Shown: positions 47,044 through 54,428 of the stretch, in pieces
Position numbering within the stretch: position 1 is the stretch's first letter
Layout of the letters: each line of letters starts with the position of its first letter
DNA from: an uncultured Nitrososphaerota archaeon
GTDB taxonomy: Archaea; Thermoproteota; EX4484-205; JAAOZO01
Assembly: GCA_964408285.1 (NCBI GenBank)
Contig: CAYOYV010000008.1
Coordinates: 1 to 64,000, forward strand
Length of the DNA stretch: 64,000 nucleotides
Direction of reading: 5' to 3'
Notes under the pieces: model-generated
Seen by the model: only the letters and a program-made list of their open reading frames with translations
Told to the model about the DNA's origin: nothing
Databases searched by the model: none
Program-made: the position numbers and the translations under genes

Positions 47044-48165
47044 GTGGTAACTAATCTTCCTCCAAATGCGCAAGCGCAGTACAAGAGAGTAGTGGCATCG
47101 AAATCGAAGATGGAAAGACTCCAAAACCTACAGATCTTCATCTCGATGATCCCGGAACATAAGGGTACCCAGAAACTGAGGGCAAACGTCAAGAGACAGA
47201 TTAGCAGACTAGAGGAGGAGATAGGAAAGGAAAAATCTAGAAAAAGGCAAGTTGGGCATCAAAAGTCGCTCTCATTCTCGAGGAAGGAGGACGAACTGCT
47301 GTTGTTGCTATTGTACGGCAGTCCAGAGATCAAGGGGGCGTTTCTTTCAAAGATGTCGGATCTATCTCCAGAATCATTCTATACCGAAGGAGTGAGACCA
47401 TATTCAAGGAGAATAGGGGGCGTCAACACGATTTTTCTTCCGATAGGCTATTCGCTGGCCGCAAATCCAGATCGAATCGACCTCGCTAGACAAACTGATG
47501 GCGCCATTTTCCTGATTTCCTCAGAGGGTGAAATAGAGAGCAGTCAGTCCTTGATCGATTCATTCAGGAAGTTCAATGTCTTCTTTCTCATGCCGGGATC
47601 GGAGGTGAAGATTATGCCCTCTGCTACTGCAGGTACGAACGTGATAGGAAATTCGCGCTTTCTTAGCAGGGAGGACGTTGCGAATCACGTGCTGGGGTCT
47701 AATCTTGTCGGAGCGACGATTGTGATTTCCGAGTTCTCAACAATCTACTCTTTGGATGCCGCCATTGAGAAGAAAGCGCATTTGCTGAGGTATTGGTTCC
47801 TTCTTGATGATAGCCTTTATGGCAAATATGACGGAAAAACAATCTTATTGCGGGATTCAATACCGGCTGGAACAAGGTCACTATCAGAAGCAGTGGAGAA
47901 CCCCACGAGCCTTCTTCTCGACGTTCTCAGTGGAATCGGAAAAATCAGGGTTTGGACAAAGGAACCGGGCGAAAAGTCAGTATCAAGGGAACCCGTGTTG
48001 TTGAGAGAGGGAGCGACTATCTTGGATCTTGCAAAGGCAATCCATGGGGAGTTAGCGATGGAATTCAGCCACGCGATACTATACAGGCCCTCAGAAAAAA
48101 TAAAACAGATGAGGGTTGGATCAAGATTTCAGTTGAAAGATGGCGACACGGTGGAGGTTCACTGA
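47044..48165 (+). CDS. DRG/OBG-like TGS-domain protein with degenerate G domain
   Basis: MVTNLPP...IPEHKGTQKL N-terminus and TGS C-terminus (IRVWTKEPG...IHGEL...LKDGDTVEVH); no GxxxxGKS or DxPG. Confidence 0.75.
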   Translation: MVTNLPPNAQAQYKRVVASKSKMERLQNLQIFISMIPEHKGTQKLRANVKRQISRLEEEIGKEKSRKRQVGHQKSLSFSRKEDELLLLLLYGSPEIKGAFLSKMSDLSPESFYTEGVRPYSRRIGGVNTIFLPIGYSLAANPDRIDLARQTDGAIFLISSEGEIESSQSLIDSFRKFNVFFLMPGSEVKIMPSATAGTNVIGNSRFLSREDVANHVLGSNLVGATIVISEFSTIYSLDAAIEKKAHLLRYWFLLDDSLYGKYDGKTILLRDSIPAGTRSLSEAVENPTSLLLDVLSGIGKIRVWTKEPGEKSVSREPVLLREGATILDLAKAIHGELAMEFSHAILYRPSEKIKQMRVGSRFQLKDGDTVEVH

Positions 48166-48192
48166 GAATGTCGGAAGACATAATCATGGATT

Positions 48193-49023
48193 CTAGTGAT
48201 GGTGCGTTTCTGAGAGTAGATAAGGCATCTGCTTGGCCAACCTATTGAGGTCGCCCGGTTCGATTTGGAAGACTCTGGTCTCGAGGAGCTTTTGACCTAG
48301 ATCGCTTCCCTTAAAGAGGGAATCTAGACGGGCAAGTCTCAATGCTTTGCCAAACTTCTTTCTTCTGTACTTGAACAATTCTCTGGTAAGGTCTTCCAGG
48401 TGTCTGATCTCGGAGTCTTCGAGTTTGGGTTCTATCGGTCGGAACGTCAGAGCTGAGACACCTGTCTTGGGGGCTGGATAGAATGATGTCTTACTAAAGA
48501 TGGCAAGTTCCTCCACATGAAAAATCAATTGAGCTATGACGGACAATCGCCCATAGTGCCTGGTACCGGCTCTAGCCAGCAATCTCTTTGCGAATTGCTC
48601 TTGAAACGTAAGCACAGCAATGCTTGGTCTTTCGTGGATTAACTTCAACACAATCTTCGAGGATATGTTGAAAGGAGGATTCGAAACACACTTGTCGTAT
48701 TCTAGCGGCCCGATTCTCAGATAGTCTCCAGCCATTATTTGCACATTGGATGGGCCGGAAAACTTGCGACGCAGGAATTCAGCCAATCTTGGATCTTTTT
48801 CGACCACTATGAATCGTCGAGGCTTTTCCGCAAGGATTTGCTCGGAGAGCGTTCCAAGCCCTCCCCCGATTTCCAGCACTACGTCTTCGGTTGAGATATA
48901 GGAGGCTTTCACTATACTCTGCAGGAGAGTCTCATCGATTGCGAAATGCTGCCCCTTTCTTTTTTCGGGTTTGAGCCGCAACTGCCTAAGGCTCGTCAGT
49001 GTCCTCTGAAGTAATCCGTTCAT
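48193..49023 (-). CDS. rsmA: 16S rRNA dimethyladenosine transferase KsgA/Dim1
   Basis: GQHF, LEIGGGLG, NPPF, YGRLSV, FYPAPK. Confidence 0.93.
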   Translation of the reverse strand: MNGLLQRTLTSLRQLRLKPEKRKGQHFAIDETLLQSIVKASYISTEDVVLEIGGGLGTLSEQILAEKPRRFIVVEKDPRLAEFLRRKFSGPSNVQIMAGDYLRIGPLEYDKCVSNPPFNISSKIVLKLIHERPSIAVLTFQEQFAKRLLARAGTRHYGRLSVIAQLIFHVEELAIFSKTSFYPAPKTGVSALTFRPIEPKLEDSEIRHLEDLTRELFKYRRKKFGKALRLARLDSLFKGSDLGQKLLETRVFQIEPGDLNRLAKQMPYLLSETHHH

Positions 49024-49025
49024 TA

Positions 49026-49604
49026 TTATCTTACAAAAAGCCTGTATTTCTGTGGAGTTGAAAGCTCCTCTATTATCCTGTCCGTGATTATCCTGCCCAG
49101 ACCAGTGATCGCTGTCCTCTTCTCGAAATCCTCGAATGATTTGAAGGGAGCCTTCTCTCTTTCTTCAAGTATCCTTCTTGTTGTCGTTTTGCCGACCCCG
49201 GGCAGCAATTCAAAGGCATGCAACCTAGGAGTCAGGAGTCCAAAGAAGTTGATCATGCTGAGGAATCTCGGTTCGTTTTCTTTCGTTGTCGCCTCTACTA
49301 CCTTGGGCAGATTGTCCTTTGCATCCTGCGTTAGGTCTTCGTAGCCAATCCTGCCTAGTATGGTGATTACAATCGATCTGTCTCCTGATCCGACGTAGAC
49401 CCTCTCTCCAACGCTAAGTCGTCTTCCCTTCACAACGGTTATCTCCAACAACGAGAAGAAGGATTCGCCCAAACCCTGTATGTGGGGGGTTGGTTCTCTT
49501 CTCCAATGGCGCCTGGGTATCCCTGATTCAATGAAGTCCAAGACTCTAACGTAGTCTTCATAGTGCTTTGTCTCTGCTCTATGGAATGCCATGGCCCTTC
49601 CCAT
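49026..49604 (-). CDS. DUF655 nucleotide-binding protein
   Basis: VLDF, GESFFSLLE, TPRLHAFELLPGVGK, PFKSFED, KYRLF. Confidence 0.88.
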   Translation of the reverse strand: MGRAMAFHRAETKHYEDYVRVLDFIESGIPRRHWRREPTPHIQGLGESFFSLLEITVVKGRRLSVGERVYVGSGDRSIVITILGRIGYEDLTQDAKDNLPKVVEATTKENEPRFLSMINFFGLLTPRLHAFELLPGVGKTTTRRILEEREKAPFKSFEDFEKRTAITGLGRIITDRIIEELSTPQKYRLFVR

Positions 49605-49919
49605 TCTCCGTCTTGTCTATGTCAAAATCGGCGATGTGTCTTCACAGGACGCCTCAGAACCAAGAAAGCTTACTGCACTGCGCGTAATCATCACAACCAA
49701 CATAAGGCGGTCAGATGATGTTTTTAAGACTTTTGATTAAAGAAATGCCCACAATCAAAGTTATTATATGCAGGCTCGGAGTCTGGAATTGGGGCGACAG
49801 TGAAGAATAAAGGGTTACTCCTATGAAAAAATGAGATGAAGGCATTTGTCTGAGTCGGCCCCTCAACGATAATCTGTTGCGGAATTTGACAGGTGAATCA
49901 CGTGTCTTTTAATTTGGTA

Positions 49920-50035
49920 CGCCCCGGTCGGGCATGCCGAAAACGCCTTTGGCGTTCTTTTCGAATTCTCGAGCTTCCGCTTCCCGAGTCTGCCGGGTGA
50001 CAGCCGGCAATGTTAACCTGTTGCACCACCGGGGC
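49920..50035 (-). tRNA. tRNA-Asp(GTC) with two T-arm introns (53/54: 49966-49982; 59/60: 49934-49959)
   Basis: GCCCCGG/CCGGGGC acceptor stem, GCCGG-CTGTCAC-CCGGC, TCGGG|TTCGAA|G-CCCGA; BHB helices CTCG/CGAG and TTCG/CGGC. Confidence 0.9.
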
Positions 50036-50170
50036 TCAAATATCAGCGCTCGCTTTGATTTTATTTAAACTTGTTTGCCATTGTCTAACTCGGGATCTAA
50101 GCAAAGTCACACCAATACAGCGTTGGCAAAGCTAGTACTCATCAGTTCCCAATTACCCTATACTCAAGGT

Positions 50171-51004
50171 TCATGCTGCTTTCTTTTTTGGCTTGTGTTT
50201 GATTAGAACTACTTCTTTGTCTACGAGCCTCAAGATGCCTTGAGGCGTGAAAGCCGTTCCTCGCACCCCTTCCAACCACGCCTTAACATCGTTGAATATC
50301 TTCTTGTCCTTTTCGGGATCGCCAGTGTTAGGGGGCCATTCTGCCACTAACAAGGCTGGTCTGCCTATTCGACCACGCCTTCCAGGGACTCGGATGTCTG
50401 TTTTGAGGAGGGCACGTCTTTCAGCAGAATATTCTGCTCTATAGCCAATCCAGGAATCGAATTTGTGCCCCGCCTCGCCAACTCCTTTGAATCTCACGTC
50501 GATTGCGTTTAGTATTTCCTCGTCGCTCATGTTTCTCGCATCAAACTTAATTCCGAAGTCTATGTAGAAAGAGTGAGCCTTGGTAACAACTTCGTCAAGG
50601 GGAAGCCCATATTTCTTGACAGCCTCATTCATTGCATCGCAAACTATTTCATAGTCCCTCACTATAGCTGGGATGATGTTCTCAAGTCTTTTCCTCATGT
50701 CAGAATTGATTAACCTGTCAATGTCTTCAGGTAGCATATGAATGTGGTAACTATCTTGGAGTATATGGTTCATATTGGGACTTGTACGGATTATTTCTAT
50801 GAATCCCTCGTGGACAGACAGGATGGGATAGGCATAACAAGAAGAATAAAGTTGGGATTCATTAGTTGCGGGTGGATGCCTTAAACCCCAATCCAGCCTG
50901 TCGTGATCCCACCATACCTCATATTGACAACCGCTTATCGTCTCGATTAGATTCTCGGTTTTTCTGGCGAGACTGTGAGCAGATGCCATCAATACTATTT
51001 TCAC
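50171..51004 (-). CDS. Hypothetical protein (third gene of the TGT-like/nuclease cassette)
   Basis: 277-aa ORF starting 12 bp after the upstream stop, with SD-like GGGTG; no recognised motif. Confidence 0.6.
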   Translation of the reverse strand: MKIVLMASAHSLARKTENLIETISGCQYEVWWDHDRLDWGLRHPPATNESQLYSSCYAYPILSVHEGFIEIIRTSPNMNHILQDSYHIHMLPEDIDRLINSDMRKRLENIIPAIVRDYEIVCDAMNEAVKKYGLPLDEVVTKAHSFYIDFGIKFDARNMSDEEILNAIDVRFKGVGEAGHKFDSWIGYRAEYSAERRALLKTDIRVPGRRGRIGRPALLVAEWPPNTGDPEKDKKIFNDVKAWLEGVRGTAFTPQGILRLVDKEVVLIKHKPKKKAA

Positions 51005-51016
51005 CCACTTGAGGAT

Positions 51017-52288
51017 TTAAGCTACACCCTTGTTGGGAAAATATCGTGGTATGCCAGTATCCTTGTCAATCTTGATCCACCCATCCAGCCTACGTGTGAA
51101 TTCTCCACTCTGCGGGTTAAACAACACAATTACTATCGTTCCTTCGTAAAGTCTGGGCAATCCCTTCCTAGCGTCGTCAGACATCGCGTTCCACTCTTTC
51201 AACCGTTTGGGAAATTCCAAGATCGCGTCATAGCGGGCGTCTCTGTATGATTTTTCACTTGTCCTGAGCTTTACTTCCTCCACGACAAACTTCCTGTTCT
51301 CATCGAAATACGATGCGTCAAAGAAATATCTAATGCCTCTATTCATGTCATTGCCACCGGACAAGTCATAAGCAATATCCTTTACCCCTGACTTTTTCAG
51401 GACTGCGCATTCGATCTCGGTCCCGAGGATGCCCTTCTTGGTGAAATCCGCGTAAGGGTACCAGTTTATTCCGGCATAGGAATCACGGTCAATGACGCCC
51501 TCAACTCTCTCGAGAGACATCTTGAAGAAACCTATCTTGAGGTGCTCGTAGTATTCGAAGGGAGGAGCTCTGAGCCAGTTTCTTCTCTTATATGGGGTCT
51601 CTTTAAGATATGTGATGGTGAGGAGTGCTTTCCCCGGGTCATATTCGACTCCTTGGACTCTCTTGAATCCTGGAGTCTTAACGCCTAAGAAAGCATCACC
51701 ATGTCCATTATAAGCGATCTTCAAGAAGGTTTCCTTGCCTTGATAGTCCTTTATACTGAAAACCAAAGCCGGTGCATTTACTTGTCCGTTGTTCCAACGC
51801 AACTCGTCTATCCAAGCGACAGGTATAGAGTTGCCCTCAATCACTAGCAACCCGCTATTGCCAGACCGATCAATGATAAGCTCGAACGGTAATTTCCCCG
51901 TTTTAGTTGAACTCGATAAGAATTCGGATCGGCTCAACTCTCTTACGGTGGCTTCGATTCCTTGACCCTTTTGTTGCAGTCTGCTTGGAACGATCGGACC
52001 ATATAACCCTCTAAGTGGATTATAGACCGAATAGATGTTCACTCCCTTAACACTTATCACGGCAAGGCAATGTTCATTGCCAAAGCAGTCCTTGATTTTT
52101 TGCACTTCTGCCCTATCCGTTATGAGGAGGTGCCAGCGTCCTTCACGGTCTATATCGATGGTGCTTCTTATCTGAATACCATGGTAATCGGCGCCGCCTT
52201 CGGGACATTCAGATCTTGGCTCGCCTTGCACGAGTTGACCCTGCCCGAACCTTTCGGCGAACTGCCTAACTCGTTTCCCGGCACCCAT
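51017..52288 (-). CDS. Hypothetical protein with C-terminal PD-(D/E)XK nuclease-like domain; start reassigned to 52288
   Basis: KGILGTEI...LKKSG...FDASY...FVVEEVK pattern. Confidence 0.55.
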   Translation of the reverse strand: MGAGKRVRQFAERFGQGQLVQGEPRSECPEGGADYHGIQIRSTIDIDREGRWHLLITDRAEVQKIKDCFGNEHCLAVISVKGVNIYSVYNPLRGLYGPIVPSRLQQKGQGIEATVRELSRSEFLSSSTKTGKLPFELIIDRSGNSGLLVIEGNSIPVAWIDELRWNNGQVNAPALVFSIKDYQGKETFLKIAYNGHGDAFLGVKTPGFKRVQGVEYDPGKALLTITYLKETPYKRRNWLRAPPFEYYEHLKIGFFKMSLERVEGVIDRDSYAGINWYPYADFTKKGILGTEIECAVLKKSGVKDIAYDLSGGNDMNRGIRYFFDASYFDENRKFVVEEVKLRTSEKSYRDARYDAILEFPKRLKEWNAMSDDARKGLPRLYEGTIVIVLFNPQSGEFTRRLDGWIKIDKDTGIPRYFPNKGVA

Positions 52289-52289
52289 C

Positions 52290-53386
52290 TTACCAGGCCC
52301 CCAATTCCTTTTGCATTTCGAGAAGGTTATGCAACGCAAGAATTTCCACGCGTTTCTCCGCTTCTCTCAGATCCTCAGGTCTTAACCCATTACATGCAGG
52401 ACATGGCAACTCTCGAATCTGACTCTCGGGTCGACGAGGTCATAGGGTGAGCCATCCTTGTAATAGCCGTCCTGCTTCGCCTCTAGGAACCAAGACAGAC
52501 TGGAGTAAGTCAACTCCTTGCGACTTGTACACCTGTACGACCTCCCGTGTATCACCAGCTCCGCGTCTGGTTTCGTTTCCTCGAATGCTTGAACCGTTGC
52601 TGCGAGCATGACCCTGAGGCTGTCATCTTTTTCCCTAGATAGCTCTCGTGCGGGCAAGACGAAGGATCTGTACCCCATCTCAATCTGTTTTTGAATCGTC
52701 CAATAGGCCTGGTTCCAGAAGACCCCCTTGCATAGACCTAACACCGGAATATCAAGACGGAGGAAAGCGTTGGCGTTATTGACGAGTCTAATGGTCTGAG
52801 ACCACGACAGATACAGTGGGTCATCGTCATAGGTATAGTTATCGGGCACAGTTGCCACATCGGGTCTCAATTCGCGAACTATTCTGAGATAATCTCCCGA
52901 ATCAAACCTGTCTAGGAACTCGTCGGGCATTATGCCAGAGAGGATGATCCGACCTTCAAAGCCCAGGTAATCATGAAGGCCTCTTCTGGAAACTTCTTGG
53001 AGAAGCGTTCGCCCTGCTAATATTTGCCCGAGATTAACTATGACTGTGCGCAATTCAATCTTCTTCCAAAACCAAGATCTTTCGTCTGTGATTTCGATAA
53101 TTGGTATGAACCCCGGCAAACCAATTTTGTTCATGCTCTTTGTTGTCGTCTCAAGCATTCGCTCGGGCGGCGGTCTCGGCTTCCGACCAATGGGACACCA
53201 GGACCTCAGGTCGCAGGAAGGATATGGATACGTTATCCCGGTGTAAGACCTTCCTTCGATGCATTCGGCGATCAGACACGTCCTACCCGGCGTGCAACCT
53301 ACACAAGCGTTTTGAAAATAGACGCAACGCGAGCACTCAACTCCGCATCTTCCCCTCTGCCCTTGGTGAGGTGTGAACTTTGTCAC
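52290..53386 (-). pseudogene. TGT-fold/DUF4417-like protein with Cys-rich N-terminus; frameshifted near 52404 (pseudogene, sequencing error or recoding)
   Basis: GLHDYLGFEGRI, PDVATVPDNY, IHG, SSLSW; the -1 frame continues C-PCPAC...LALHNL...W* and ends 1 nt before the next ATG. Confidence 0.6.
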
Positions 53387-53737
53387 GGCTCTGCAAAAAC
53401 CACCCCAGTTCAGTTCCCTGTCATCTAGCCCGTCTTCTCATCTCCATGAAGCCGTTCACTTCACCTAGGTTCCTCACTGAAGCCAAATCAATAGTAAACC
53501 TCCCAACGCTGAGGACGCAAGTATCTATATAAACGAAAATGAGCATAACTACCGCTATTGGACCGAATTTCTAGAAACGAAACAGAACAACAGGAAACAT
53601 CAGATCATAAGCTCAGATGGAGACCAACCCATTAGACTGAATCTCCGATCGACTGTAGCAACTTGTTCCTTTATGAAGAGTTCAGAGCCATTTGATGTAA
53701 AGACTTATTAGAATAGGGAATTCGATGGATTGCTGGT

Positions 53738-53893
53738 CCCGCTGTAGCTCAACCTGGTAGAGCTTCCGAGCCCGAATGGGCGGAGACGCTGTAGATTTCG
53801 GCCTCGGGCCGAATCGTCCAGCCTACTAGGCTAAAACCGAAACCGGACTGTTGCTGGTTCAAATGGTCTGTCCTGGAAGTCCAGCCGGCGGGA
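53738..53893 (+). tRNA. tRNA-Tyr(GTA) with three introns (30/31: 53769-53787; 37/38: 53795-53841; 59/60: 53864-53879)
   Basis: CCCGCTG/CGGCGGG acceptor stem (C1:G72), TCCG|G-CTGTAG|A-CCGGA, GCTGG-TTCAAA|T-CCAGC; BHB motifs. Confidence 0.9.
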
Positions 53894-53943
53894 CCTTAAT
53901 CAACTGACAATTCTTAAGTAGATGCAGCGCCGAACCCAAAGCA

Positions 53944-54103
53944 GGGCCCGTAGCTCAGCATGGTAGAGACAAGTGTCAGCACCAAAAGCGCCGGTGACCG
54001 TTGTCGGCGATGCTTTTAACCCGGGTGTCACGGGGTTACCCCGCACTACTCGGGTCCAAGACTGATTCGGCTGCGAAACGCTGTGGAAGTCCCGACGGGC
54101 CCG
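53944..54103 (+). tRNA. tRNA-Lys(TTT) with four introns (22/23: 53967-53986; 30/31: 53995-54011; 48/49: 54030-54049; 59/60: 54061-54089)
   Basis: The 160-nt gene collapses to a 74-nt cloverleaf after removing 20+17+20+29 nt; each junction has a BHB central helix (TGGT/ACCA, CGCC/GGCG, GGTG/CACT, TCCA/TGGA). Confidence 0.85.
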
Positions 54104-54164
54104 CCTTCTCAACCCAACAAGAAGAGTAAGATTAATATAAATCACCATTTGGTAGCACAAAGAG

Positions 54165-54428
54165 TTGAAGGCAGATTTAGCCCATCCTACGGGCCTTTTT
54201 GACCCGTTATCCCATATCTTATCACCAACATATGAGATTCTTTCAGAGGACCGGAGAGGAGAGGTCCTTCGAACATATAGGATAAAACCCTACAATTTGC
54301 CGAAGATTCTAATCACAGATCCTGCAATGAAAGCAACCGGAGCGAAAATCGGTGACATCATCAAGATAACAAGGAAAACAGAAACGGCCGGAACAACTAT
54401 TAGCTATAGGTTGGTGGTGTCTGAATGA
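54165..54428 (+). CDS. rpoH: RNA polymerase subunit Rpo5 (RpoH)
   Basis: HILSP, LPKILITDP, GDIIKITRKTETAG..YRLV. Confidence 0.95.
   Translation: MKADLAHPTGLFDPLSHILSPTYEILSEDRRGEVLRTYRIKPYNLPKILITDPAMKATGAKIGDIIKITRKTETAGTTISYRLVVSE

Noticed and set aside
49654-49694. Possible C/D box sRNA on the minus strand (GTGATGA...CTGA)
   Set aside because: Only about 41 nt, with no clear C'/D' boxes and no identified target.
50036-53737. Integrated element with att repeats between tRNA-Asp and tRNA-Tyr
   Set aside because: Both tRNA 3' ends point away from the cassette, and no duplicated tRNA 3' segment or integrase was seen.
54055-54087. Five-intron reading of tRNA-Lys (TCCAAGACTGA and GCTGCG...GGA as separate introns, restoring TTCGAGT)
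   Set aside because: It restores TTC, but neither piece has correct BHB geometry, whereas a single 29-nt intron has a perfect TCCA/TGGA helix with matching bulges. Not fully excluded without tRNA-seq.
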